Of a stretch of 64,000 bases of DNA, positions 14,101 through 26,600 are shown one piece after another. Positions within the stretch are counted from its first letter, which is position 1, and each line of letters begins with the position of its first letter. The notes beneath the pieces are model-generated. The model was not told where the DNA came from and made no database searches. It worked only from the letters and a program-made list of their open reading frames with translations. Source of the stretch: Orbicella franksi (Eukaryota). The translations under genes were made by a program, and so were the position numbers. Where the stretch lies: assembly GCA_964199315.1 (NCBI GenBank), contig OZ116704.1:3720001-3784000 (forward strand), read 5' to 3'.

Positions 14101-15754
14101 ATTTTCGTGAAGTGCGTTTTACATTAAAAGCTGTTTGGCATTGCGGTATTCTCCTTTCGTCACAAGTTTAAGCGCAGATTGTTGCTGAAAGATTACTCCT
14201 AGCTAAACTTGTCACGGCTGTTTTTAACTATATTCTTTACCGCGGCACCTGAAACTTGTGGGCAAAGCAACGCGACGCTCTCAAAAGAATTAGGCGATTT
14301 AATTTCTTCCTGAAAATACAATTGGCTTCCTTTAAGTACAGTTGATTTCATCTAAGGTCCCATTCAATCGAGTCAAAATTCGTGTAATTTTAAACGAATT
14401 TGAACTTTTTTTGTTAAAGGCACTCGTTAGGTGGCAACGGTTTGATTAAATACAAAAAGTTTTGCCTTGAAAAAAAAACAGTACTAATTCTATACAAGAA
14501 AACTTTGTTATAGAACTTCACGAGTGACACTCTAGTTCATTCATTCAGTTAACGAAGACAAACAATAATACCTTTTTGTACACGGATTGAATTGTTTTGA
14601 CTTATTGAGTTTTTCCTCCGCAAGCTTAGTTTCTTTCGAAAATTAGGCGATTTCGTGCACGGAAGGAAAAAATCTCACACTGCTTCATTCTACATAAAAA
14701 AATCAGCCCCTGACATTTTAAAATACTTTAATTGTAAAAGTATCTCAGGGCAATCAGGAAATAAAAAGCATTGTCTCTGTACTTGGTTTAAGATAATACA
14801 AAATGGTTGTACAATGGTTCTTTTTAAAAGAAAATCTTGATTACCGTCAAAATAAAATATATTTCGAGGTTTGGATAACGGTCCTTTCGAACTCACCAGA
14901 AATGCTTCGTCTGCAGAAGTGAGACTTGTTAGATCTTTTTTCTTTTTCGGTCTTCGTACAGCATCCTTAACCCTAATCTGACAAGAACACAATATCCACG
15001 GAAAAAGTCTTTAAACCAATTCTATAAATTGACACACACTGGAATACCTTTTCGCCCCGGCAGAATATCAGTTGAGGCTGAGAGCAATTTACGAAGTTTT
15101 AGTGCCTACGAAAATAACTCTCCTTGAAACCTTGCATCGATTCTGTTTAAAGTAAAATCACTCGTGTATGAATTAGAATAAAAAGGGAAAACGACGTTAC
15201 GATCATCTCTTCGACGCCAAAACCATTATCTTAAAAAATAAATTCGTAGCGAGGGGCAATATCTTTTGATAACAGGAACAAAGACTTGGCGACACTCGTT
15301 CAAGTGTTCAATATAACTCACAAGCTGCGACACATTTCATTATGATGGCGAGGCAGCCTTATCTGTTTTGTCTACGCTTTGATTGGCCATAAATTGATCA
15401 CTTCTTTATTACTTTAACAACAAGAGCTCTCTTGAAACGACGACTATCTATTACGCGATAATTTTTTCTCGCTCGCGCCAACCCATTTCTTCACAGGTTC
15501 CCCTCAAGCAATGCATATTTGCCAGGTTGCCCTAATACGTTCGCCGGTACCTACGTTAAACGCTAGTGTGAAGAGAAACTTCCTGTGAGAGTTTTTACGA
15601 AACGTCACACGGGAAACTGCCTAGACAAGATTCCTGAATCTCTGAACACTGCCAATCGGCTTCTTTGAAAAATTTACCAAACTACTGTGTGCTAACGAAG
15701 GCGAGTTTACAATTACTTTACACGATTAATTGGCAATATTTTTTTTTCTGAGTC

Positions 15755-15783
<29 letters not shown>
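15755..15783 (+). repeat. poly(A) tract
   Basis: About 29 consecutive A. Confidence 0.95.
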
Positions 15784-15785
<2 letters not shown>

Positions 15786-16433
15786 AAATAATATTCGTGC
15801 CGTGATTTTATAAATTAATTTTCACTGATGGCGAATGAGATGCGATATGGAAAAAAAATACAATATCCAAGGTGGTCTTAAGATACATTTCAAACTTGCA
15901 ATTGCAGTTGTGGATCAAAAATCATAGTAAATTCGTCTAAGACGTTCTTTCTTCGTGTTTATATTCCGTTAGGCGAAATGTTAATGCATATGTTCAGTTG
16001 TTTTTATTAAAATCGGCTGACAGTTGAAAGTAACTAAGTTTTATGATTGGATGAACCAATGAATTTGTTTTTTCTCGGAGTGCCGGAAAATTAATATATC
16101 AAGGTTGACTAAGTAGAAGAAAACACCAGTTGAAGTCTCTCAGTTTAAAAGACTGCTTCGCGGGTTTCTCGTTGTATCTGCAGATTTTGTTAGACTGTAG
16201 TTAAAACACTGTTAGATTGTACATTTTGGGATCGAGCAAGCAAGAAACGAAACTAAGATAGCGAAATTATCAATGGATTCACGAGCGGTTTACATGGTTA
16301 TGCCGGCCTGTTAACAAACAAATAACGACCTTGACGTTCTTGTTGCATAACAAAGGTTAAGATTGTATCATAGGCAACTTTATTTTTGATTTCTCTGGCT
16401 CGGCTTACCACACTTTGATTTCGTTTCTTTTAG

Positions 16434-18377
16434 ACAAGACATTGAAAAGAGAAGAGAAAACCTGCAGTTATGAAGATGATAAGTCTGTTCAGCCATCACC
16501 AATAGAACAGACAAAATGGGACAGGTGGGAGCCTCTCGACATGTCTGAGTACGAAACAAGCGTGGAGTCAGTTCATAACGTCGTGAGAGAATTTCAGCAC
16601 AAGATCTCGCGCTATCCGCGGACACCAATGTTATTTCCACCCTCTGACGATTCTTCATCTTTGCACTCTCTACACACTTCATTCTTGGAAGAACCCTTCC
16701 AGTCTCCCACTCATGATTCCACTTCCGCCATTAAAGAATCTGAAAAGATGGGGAGAGAAAAGCCATTCCAGTGCAACTTCTGCGTGATGTCATTCACTCG
16801 CCCCAGTGATCTCCAGCGCCATCTTCTCATCCACAACAACAACAAGCCATACAAGTGCGAGGAGTGTGACCGTGAATTCACGTGGTTCGGTAACTTTCAA
16901 AAGCACGTGCTTTCACACATGGGAGGCAATACCAGAGCACCAGGGACTTTGCCCTTCTCCGCGATGTTCACGTTCCTAGCACGTGAACAAGTGAAGGATC
17001 TTTTTATCAAGGATGGGGAGAAGTACAAGTGCCGATTGTGCGCCAAGGATTTTACACGCCTCAGTGGTTTGAAGACCCACATACGCATGCACACTGGGGA
17101 AAGGCCATACGTCTGTGAAGTCTGTTCTTTTGCGTTCACCACATCACGTGCTCTCAAGATGCACGTGCGCTTGCACACTGGAGAGAAACCGTACAAATGT
17201 GACGAATGCGGGCGCGCTTTCACAAGAAGAGATGAGATGCATACTCATATGTACATCCACAAAGGTGACTCACCCTGGTTTCTTTTCAGTTTTTTTTTTT
17301 TTTTTTGTAATTTTGTTCACTAAATAAACAGTAATTTTGTAAGCAAGATTAAAGAAATGAAATCTCGGATACAATAAAATAAAACAAAAATGTGGCCTTG
17401 AACTTGACAATATTAACCAGCAAGTCCCTACTTATTTGTTTAGTTCTTGAATCTAAATTTGGCAGAATTTGGCTGCTTTATCTTGGTTCTCTTTGGCAAT
17501 GACGTTATAAACGAGGGTATTAGAGGTCTGAAATTTCAATGCTGCAAGGAAAAAGGTTGCAAAGTCATGACTGTTTCAGCTCAGTTGTTTATTTACTATG
17601 TCAGTTGTTTGTATTGAAAAAAACTAACTGATCATGTTCAGCCCCGCTTTCAGGCTATTTTTTTCAAACATTAGCTGACTTTAAGTTATCTAGCGAAGAG
17701 CTAATTGAAAGTAATGTAAACATTTTCATTGTCTCTCTGGTTGTTTTTCGCGTATTATTTTGTTATTTAAGTAATAGCACAGGGGCAAAATCAAACCTTT
17801 TCCCTTGAAGCGTTTGATTTCTTAACATGACTCAACACCTTTGTCCCTGATTACTGCAATAAGAGTAACTTCAGATAGTGGCGGGCAAACCTAAAGTATC
17901 CCTTAAGCGCATTACGCCAAAGGGGCACTGTGAGAGTGCTTTTGTAAGTCTTGAACGAATTTAATTTTATATCTTAAATAGTAATATACAATTTTGAAGT
18001 TGTATTTTTCTTTTGTCGTAACAGGAGAGAAGCCTTTCAAGTGTGATATCTGTGCAGCGTCGTTCATTCGTTACGGTCATCTGCAACGCCATCTGTTAAT
18101 TCACAGCGATGACAAACCTTACAAGTGCAAGGTGTGTCCCAAATCCTTCACACAGTACCGCAATCTCCAGACTCATATGTACAAACACACGGGAGAGAGG
18201 CCCTACAGATGCAGGTACTGCCCCAAAGGATTCACCCAATACGGCACTCTGCAGGCGCACGAGAGAACACACACAGGAGAGAAGCCCTTCCAATGCCAAT
18301 TCTGTGAAAAGGCTTTTATTACGTCATCACACCTTAGATGGCACATTAAGACTCAACACACTGCAAAGAAAGATTAG
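16434..18377 (+). CDS. C2H2 zinc-finger protein, 9 fingers (2+7); exons 16434-17264 and 18025-18377; 5' end unresolved
   Basis: Nine CxxC-x12-HxxxH fingers with TGEKP-type linkers. Splice AAA G|gtgact ... acag|GA GAG AAG CCT restores the HKGEKP linker. Acceptor ttttag at 16433; first in-frame ATG at 16541; stop TAG at 18375-18377. Confidence 0.9.
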
Positions 18378-20175
18378 ATAATTGCATGTAGATGTGTTTA
18401 TTCAGCAAATGTTTGTAAATATTATAATAAGCGTTTCTGGCGCCAGTAATTTCACTATAAATACGTCAGGGATATGTTAATTGTTCAGTCGGTAGCTGCA
18501 TGTCAGGGAGTTCTTGTATAATATTTTATTAACATTCTAGATCATTAATTAATGAAATGGTTGATTTAGTTTTTGGGTTCGTTATATAAAACTTACAAAT
18601 AATTTTTTGGTTCTCTTTTGACTTTTCCCTCATTTTCTCGCGCCGTTCATCAATTTATTTGGCAGTCACTAACTCTTTAGCAAGGTTTGAACTTCTGTAA
18701 ACTCCTTTTTGTGAGTCTTAAGTTATATTCACTGCGTACAGAGGCTAAGGGGAAAGGAGGTACAAAAATGATGGATCAAAGAAATGAATGCTTCTAAACT
18801 TGAAGAAATTTAATCACTGCATGATTGCCAGGGTACCAACCAGCAATTTGGAAAGCGAGATGGACACTTCTTGTGAAGAGAAAGAAAATTACATAGAATT
18901 GCGATTTAGGGGTTAAATGTAGTAATTTTTATGATTACTACTTAGCTATAGAGAGGAAATTTATCACACGGGAGCAACCTCGTTTCCAGGGCTTTTCCCT
19001 GTAGCAGATGAGGACAACCTTGATGAATTCAAAGACAGGATTGTACATCGACAAAGAATGAAGATGCATATATCTTTTTTAAAATTTCAAATTTCGGTTG
19101 CGAAGTTGTGAAACATTTGCGGTCAGCGAACTGAAGTGATTTAGAGATAACGCTGTTTGAAGACGCTGATCATGAATTGGTCCCTCTGAATCATGATTTT
19201 CTTTCGTAGATCTCAGTGAAATTCTCAGTAAATGACTTTTAAAACTGAGGGTATCTATTTTGAAACTGAACCGAAAAATTGGAGCTACACTCGAGCAATG
19301 AAGGTAGGAACTCTAAACAGCATCATAGATAACAGGGTGTGACCGAGTGGTTTAGGGCGCTGGTCTCGCAAATTTGGGTCACTGGAACTGGAAACCGCAA
19401 AGGAATGGGTATCAGAATTGGGGCAAAAGGAGGCTAGGAAAAGGGATTTGAACAAAAATTGGGCCGGGAACCTCCCTGACCTTAGCCTGCTTCAAGACCC
19501 ACCTCACAAACCCGGTTTAAGGTCATTCCGCTGAAATAGAACCTGCAATGAGCTTTTTGTGAAACTTTGCCTATCGATTGTTTATATTATAGGAACTTAT
19601 ATTTTGAAATAAAAATGAGAGGTCCCCATGTTCGTTTAGGAGCAAAAGCACCTTGTTTGTACCCATATAAATCCTTATAATAGCACCATGATTGTAGTTA
19701 CGATTGCTTGCTAAATTCACGTTTCCGACGATTGCATTTTGTTTTACACTGAGAATTGGTCCATATTTATTTTACACAGAGAAATTTATTACTCAATTCA
19801 AAACAACAGAAAAAAATGATAGGTCACCATACTCGTTTGCGAGAAAATGACGATTTACCTCTATGGCGAGGTCCAGCTGTAAAGAAAAAGCAGCCATTTT
19901 TTAATGCGCGCGCAGTAGGGATGCGCAATGCAATACTAGGGAATGACATTAAATGAAACGCTAAACCTGTTGCCTTTTTTCATCTACACTCCAGCTCACA
20001 GCACGGTGAGTAACTTGTCATTTACTCCGATGACAACATTTCGTTAGCAAAAGCGTGTAAACAAAATTTCCCCCCCTGAAAGAAAGAGACCGCTCGCCGT
20101 TATGACCTGGGACCAAGCTTGTGATCCAAGCCTCCTCCATTTGCCTGCAGACGCCTGGCAGTCATTGCATTCAAA

Positions 20176-21114
20176 ATGGCGGATCACTGGGTCGCAGAGG
20201 TCTTTCCTCCAAAATTTCAGTTTGGGAGTGTAGATGAATTGCTAAATGGTCCAGAGGAAGATGAAAAAAGTAAAGAAAAGGTTAAATATCTTGATGAAGT
20301 GTATCGAAGAGTTTATTTTGAACAGGAAAAAGCCAAAAAGTCAACCGATGATGAGTTGCATGTTGATTTGGAGCGCCTTGAGAAAAGTCGGAAAAAGCGA
20401 CTTGTTGGAAAAGATAGAAAACGAGCAAGGAAGCAAAAACAGAAGGATCAAGACGAGTGTATATGGAACGAAAGTGAATTGAAAATGCTGCGAAAGTTCC
20501 TACAGAAGGCTAAAATGCAAAATCTCAAACTCGCTGCCATGTTGCAATCGGCACAAGATGAGATTAATACTTGGAAAGAAAAGGTTAAGGAGGTTACCGA
20601 ATCGGACGAAATTGTGAATAGCAGCTTCCGCATTTTGAAAAAGAAATACGAGCGACTGAAGGTAAATTATAGAGCATTGAAGGACGACGTGAGAAAGTAT
20701 CACTCGAACTTGAAAGTTTCAAGAGAAGAATGTGAACAACTAAAACTCGAGAGGGATGACATAGCAAAGTCACTCAGTCAAACAAAAGCAGAACTGAATA
20801 TAGAAAAACTCAACAATGAGCACCTTCAGTTAAGATTAGATAAAAAGGAAGAGGAATGCACAGAAAATCTAAAGAGCCAGGAACAATTTTTGGAACAGCA
20901 ACATCTGCTTGAAATAAGGAAATTACAAAAAGAAGTTGCTAGGTTGACAGAGAAGTTTGATGAAGAAAAGCAAGATAATGATTTAAATAAGAGAGCACTT
21001 GAGCACCTAAGAAGTCATTTTGCCAATTTAAAAGTCAGTCAGGAAAGTAATGATGGTACTAATGCAGTAGTAAATATGTTAAGTGTTATTGACATTGACT
21101 ATCTGCCAGCATAA
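20176..21114 (+). CDS. CCDC160: Coiled-coil protein, CCDC160-like (single coding exon, 312 aa)
   Basis: Uninterrupted heptad-rich ORF. N-terminal HWVAEVFPP..F.SVDELL and C-terminal NKRALEHLRSHFA resemble the vertebrate CCDC160 termini as I recall them (HWKENMF..FSAQDVL; NNRALELLRKYYA). Probable 5'UTR intron 20006-20150 (gtgagt...ctgcag). Confidence 0.75.
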   Translation: MADHWVAEVFPPKFQFGSVDELLNGPEEDEKSKEKVKYLDEVYRRVYFEQEKAKKSTDDELHVDLERLEKSRKKRLVGKDRKRARKQKQKDQDECIWNESELKMLRKFLQKAKMQNLKLAAMLQSAQDEINTWKEKVKEVTESDEIVNSSFRILKKKYERLKVNYRALKDDVRKYHSNLKVSREECEQLKLERDDIAKSLSQTKAELNIEKLNNEHLQLRLDKKEEECTENLKSQEQFLEQQHLLEIRKLQKEVARLTEKFDEEKQDNDLNKRALEHLRSHFANLKVSQESNDGTNAVVNMLSVIDIDYLPA

Positions 21115-22928
21115 AATGGTACAATGACCGATGAGATAAGACCTAATCCAATCATAATTGAAGAAGCAAGGTATCCCTGCAGTGCTGAGCCATATTTTAA
21201 CTGTATTTGCATTAATTTTTCAGCTTCTGACTGTGAAGTCTAGTAAATAAATATCTCTTTGACCAAACACAAAGGCTATTCTGGGAGATTATTGACCCGA
21301 GGTCTTTACAGTATGGACTGAGCACAGGAATGTCTGTATAAGTAAGACCAAGGGCAGATAACCAAATTAAGTTAAACATACATACTGTCATGTTACATAT
21401 CATGTCAATATAGTCCGGGCCAAGTTTGGGAAACAAACAGAATATTATCATCCAGGCATTAATGATAAATAAACCATAAACTTTAAGAAAGCAATTCTAA
21501 TTGAAAATATTTCTACCTTCTCAATTTTCAATATTTCTATTCTTTTGAATTTTCATTTTAATTCTAATTGCGACCAAACTTGTCATTTACACATGTCTAG
21601 TGTTTTTAAAACAAAGCAAAGAAGGGTGAAAAAAATGTATGTTTTACCTGCAAGTTATTTCTTTTAGGAAAGTAAATCCATGAAACTGTAAGAAAACCTT
21701 TCTGAGTGGTTGAATGAGATTATATAGGACAGCTACCCAATCTAAAGTTTGCAAAATATTAAACTGGTTTAATAGAGCAATCTAATTGGTTGATTTTAAT
21801 GATTGGGCCCCTGAACTAATGTAGTCCTGTTATAATCTCATTTATATGACTGAGAACATGACTTCATTGTGATTTGCTGAGAGCAGGCATATTTATCTCT
21901 ACATTTATTTTAAATATGCAGTCACTGCAAATTAACATGTATTTTTAATTTTCTCAGTCATTTAAAAAAAGGAGCATTATTAAATAAAAACTTGAAATGA
22001 GAACTTAAGGATTTATACTATGTTACTTGTAGCTGAATAAATTGCAACCATACGGACTATACGTAATTAAGTTTGTTGCTATTGGATCCATTCATTTACT
22101 TGTCAAATTCAATATCAAGTAAAAGAGTCTTTTTATTGGAGACTTTATTTCACTACAGAAAAATCCCAATTTTTTGAACCTCCAAGGGAGACGATAATTG
22201 GGTTGAAAAATCAGGTAATTTGAGAAATTGTGGATGTAATTTAAATGTTTGACTGTAAGAAGGGAAGTTTTGTAACTTAGTTTAGTTGAGTTAATGGTAG
22301 GTTCCAAAAATCCAGGGTTTGAGAAATCATGATTCGCCAGTAGCTTGTTTGGTCTTCATTTGTCCCCAATTTATTGAACTCTTTTGCAAACAAATAGTCA
22401 GCATATTCATGTGTAGTAATGTATGGAACAGGACCTATGAACCATCGGCCAGCCCTATTTAATTTTGCTTCACTGGGAGAGCCCTGTAGCTCTGTATACC
22501 AAAAATTTTAAGAATTACAAAAAGTTCTTTGGCTATCAAATAAACATCAAAAGTTCCCTTCAAGTTAGTAGCCATGTGAGCTCCCATCAAAGCTGAGAGA
22601 CTGGTGGACTGTTTTTCCGTTGATGATATAAAAGAATTCAAGAGATTGACCTAATGAAAAATATGGAAATAAATAAACGTTTACCTAAAAAAAAAAACAA
22701 CAGCAACAACAAAGCAAAGAAAAGACAGTTGCATTCTGGAACCACATTTGAACCTTTTGTCGTATTTTGCTCGAGCTCCTACTGTATGCAGTTTATCCCA
22801 GCTATTTTAATTGTTCAGGGGAACAAAATAAGGGTGCTATCAAGCTAAAAACTGGCTATTCCCTAGTGCCCCAGGACCATGGTTTGGTCTCGGCCCTAAG
22901 GACTCTAAGCAAACATTATGTGAGGACG

Positions 22929-22978
<50 letters not shown>

Positions 22979-23440
22979 CTTTATTACTGTGTCTAAAATG
23001 TTTAGCTGAGGGGAAGCGTCCCCTCTACTAATTGTGGACACCTACCTAAAAAAATTACAACTATTACAATAATAAGAAAAATTTATGTGATAAAAAAAGC
23101 TATATACAAGATTATTATTACAATTCACAAAGGCAGCAATTGCATCTTTCATTGTTTAAAAAGTTACTGAAGTCGCGTTTCCGAATTGTTTTTTTAAATG
23201 TATTAAGAGACTGACAGTTTCTTTCATCGGTCGTCAGGTGACTCCAGAGCTTTGGCCCCAGGTATCTGATGGAATGTTTTCCGTACGTTACTGTAGCAAA
23301 GCGGGGCAGTGAAAAGTCTGATTGCCTCAGCCTGTAGGATGACTGATAGGGCTTAAATAGCTCACGGATCGGATTAATAATAAATTTTTTTATTATTATT
23401 TTAGTTTTTAACAGGTAAAGACGAAATATATGTTTCAAAG
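22929..23440 (-). mobile_element. 5'-truncated CR1/L2-clade LINE 3' end with (TTA)n tail
   Basis: ORF 23118-23438 reads like a CR1/L2-type ORF2 C-terminus (YGKHSIRYLGPKLWSHL...SLNTFKK). It is followed by an AT-rich 3'UTR and an (ATA)n run at 22929-22978 on the plus strand. Confidence 0.75.
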
Positions 23441-23697
23441 AATCTTCTCTATCTCCTTAAAGGTTCCTTTCTATCTCTTTCCCGTTCAGTTTGTTTTACT
23501 TTCATCCCAAACAGTGGTTGCCCATATTTGGTGACCTAGCAACACGGGAAACAAAGGCATGATATTTGCAAGTTCATTTAATGCCGGACAGATGAGCAAT
23601 CGATGTTCAAAATTTGTCAATGTGAAAATCCACTTTGTGCACCACCAAACGTTGAAATCGTCAGGTAGACAGGCGTGTTGTGTGTTTGTTATGAGGT

Positions 23698-26600
23698 ATG
23701 AAAAGAGGCGCAAAGATCTCTACCTCGAATCGTTTGCTTCGTCTGAACACAAGCCAATATCGTCGTGAATACAAGAGCGGGGCTGTTTACCATGGCGAAC
23801 TCGTAGGAAGTAAGAAAAGTGGTAAAGGGATCTTTAAGTGGCCTAATGGAGCTTGTTACGATGGGGAATATGTTGACAACACAAGACATGGTTATGGTAA
23901 GCAGTACTGGCCAGATGGCTCTATCTACGATGGTGCTCTAGTGAGGGATCTACGGCATGGTGTTGGAACGCTGACTTGGGCAGACGGAGAGGTAAGCTTA
24001 ATTAAGCTGCGCTAAGCTTTACAAATACCAACGTTAAACTGTCTGCTATTTCATAAATAAGCATCAGTATTGTCCACGATGAATCTTAGCATGCAGTTTT
24101 GTTATTGGCCCATGAATGGAAAAGCTCAAAGATAGCTGAGGTTACATGAAACTAAATAGAAATGTATATAATTGGCCGAAAGTAATGTTCTCGAGTCAAG
24201 TTACTAAAGTACGTACGCTTCTGCACTTGTCGACTTTTCAGGTTGAGGTTGGGCATTATTCTCAGTGTCAAACGCTTTTTTTTGTATTATTTTACTTTAA
24301 ATGTGTCTTTGCTGAAATAAAAGCTGAATATTCGCCGCAAAGAGTATTTTCTTGACCGTTCGTTTGTTAAGGCAGAAGCCAGCTGCGTGCTTTGTGTACA
24401 TACACTTTCCAGTGGAGCCGGCTGTTTACCTTATCTCAAGTAGCTTGTTATATGTGTTGCAATTAATTTAACGTGTGTGGTGAGCTAAACAGAGGTTTGG
24501 ATGTCAAAAATATACAACATAGTTATACGCTGTACAATGTAGCTTTAAAAAGCCTGCATGTGGATGTAAATTAATTTTTAATTATTGATAAGCTAATATG
24601 AATCGCATTGCATCGTTGACATCAGAGTTGAAATTAATAAAGTATGGCAGATTTTGTTGTTCTTGATCAAATTTACAATGTACATGGTATACTGATTAAA
24701 AAACTGATATTCAGGGTGCAAAGAAAACAAATTTTTCGGGCAAACTTTAGCTATGATGTCCATGTACTAGCTGGTAAATCATTCTCTGACATAATTCACT
24801 GCTCCTGGGCTATGGACTTTCTTTGCACACTGATATTAATCTTCCGGTACTACGTTCTAGCCAATGAAAACTGCTAAATTTCAATTTTGGGTGAAAGGGT
24901 ACCTGGCATTTATCAGGTTGTGTCAACAAAAGAATATTGTAAATATACACTGAAACTGATTTGTTAAAATTAGTTGTATATCCATACCTCCCCCATGGAA
25001 GGGATTTTTCTTCTAATATCCCCCACCCCTTGGGAAATATCAATTAAGCTTCATACATTTCTTTAAATGTTTTGGTCTTACAGAACCTCTCACCCCCAGG
25101 AAATTTCAATCCCTTTTGTGGGGAAATATCAATATTTTCTAGAACCAGACATTACATGTAGTACAAAATAATATATTTTCTCATGAATATTTTGTGGATG
25201 GTCTGACTCAGTCATCACACAATAAGAACAAGGGTCTTGTGCGGCCTTCAACATCTCTAATACTGCATGAAACATACCCAGCATTATAGCTATGCAATGG
25301 ATGTAAAGGGTTGTTTAACTTTTGCCCTTTCCTCGTGTATGTGTGTGTGCTTGCAGTATCAGGTATTACACTGGAAATAAGCAATTCATTTTGTTAGAGA
25401 AGTCTTTGTTACAAAGGTCACAGATTTGACATCAGATCAGTACACTCTGAGAAGTGCAAGAACCTTACAAGTCAGATGAGCGTGGTAGATCAAATTATTA
25501 CATTGCATTGTATAACTTAATTGGGAATTATTATTTTTGCCCTGAAAGTTTGGTTCTTGTTTTTCTTTAGAGCTACTCTGGAGAGTTCTACCGAGACAAA
25601 AGGCATGGCAAAGGAGTGTACACCTGGCCAGATGGCACGAAATTTGAAGGTCACTTTGAAAATGACAAGAAAGAAGGTTTTGGAACATTTATCTTTCCTA
25701 GTGGCAATAAATTTGAGGTTTGTGCATGATGTTATAAGTTCGACGTTTTATTTCAGTTCACTATCAATGGACGATGTGGCAGCCTGTGGCTTATATATAA
25801 GCACTCTGGGTAATAATTGTACATTGAATGGGTTTAGCTTGTCCATTTTTATAGTACAGACACTATTACATTGCTGTTCTACACCAGAAGGACAGCGTGT
25901 ATACTGTCAGTAAACTCTAAGTACTGGACTTTAAATTACAGTTTACTTTGAAATGCATTATAGTATTGCAGTTTCAGACCTAAATCTTTGCTTCTTATTT
26001 AATTTACTCTCCAGGGAATATATTGTAGAGATGAAAGAGATGGACCAGGAGTAATGACATACTCTAAGGACAAACAAGATGTTGGTCTGTGGTCTGGTGA
26101 ACGTCTTATTAAACTGTGCTCAGTCATGGATAGTGCTTTCCTTTTTCAGCACTACTCTAACTACAATGTAAATGCTGGGAACAATTTGTCAGGCAGAGTA
26201 AAAAGAGCAAACACAGCTAAGGAAGGCTTGCGAAACACTTCACCTTCATTACAGGACTTTGATGGGGTCAGTGACAGGGAATCAATCAAAGGTCTGTCTC
26301 AGATTCCTGACTCTTTCTCATATGCAGACATTTTAGAAGGCATTCGTGGAGAAAAGGGCTCCAAGGGACCTGTCGAACAAGCGTCTGAGGAATTTTTAAG
26401 AGCATCAGCTGCAGGGGACTGTATCAAAGTGAGGGGTTTGATTGAAAGCGGAAAAGTTCATGTGGATGTTGCTGACAAAACTGGATATACTGCCCTGCTT
26501 GCTGCTTCGGTAAGTATAAGCCACATACACATGCATGTGCTGATTGTATGAAATACTGTAGATACTGTAAGTACCTTCAAGTTTTTATAAAAATGTAGTG

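Noticed and set aside
16380-18381. Alternative-frame and antisense ORFs over the zinc-finger exons (similar ones overlap the GPCR, ANKMY1 and Dscam exons)
   Set aside because: Shadow ORFs expected from the codon structure of the real genes.
19336-19366. tRNA gene (gtgtgaccgagtggtttagggcgctgg)
   Set aside because: Only an A-box-like 5' fragment with no T arm or B box; at most a decayed SINE head.
25357-25362. 6-nt microexon TATCAG (ttgcag|TATCAG|gtatta) in ANKMY1 intron 1
   Set aside because: It is in frame but the donor is weak, and the insertion would break MORN repeat spacing (DGE-SY-G). No support beyond the motif.
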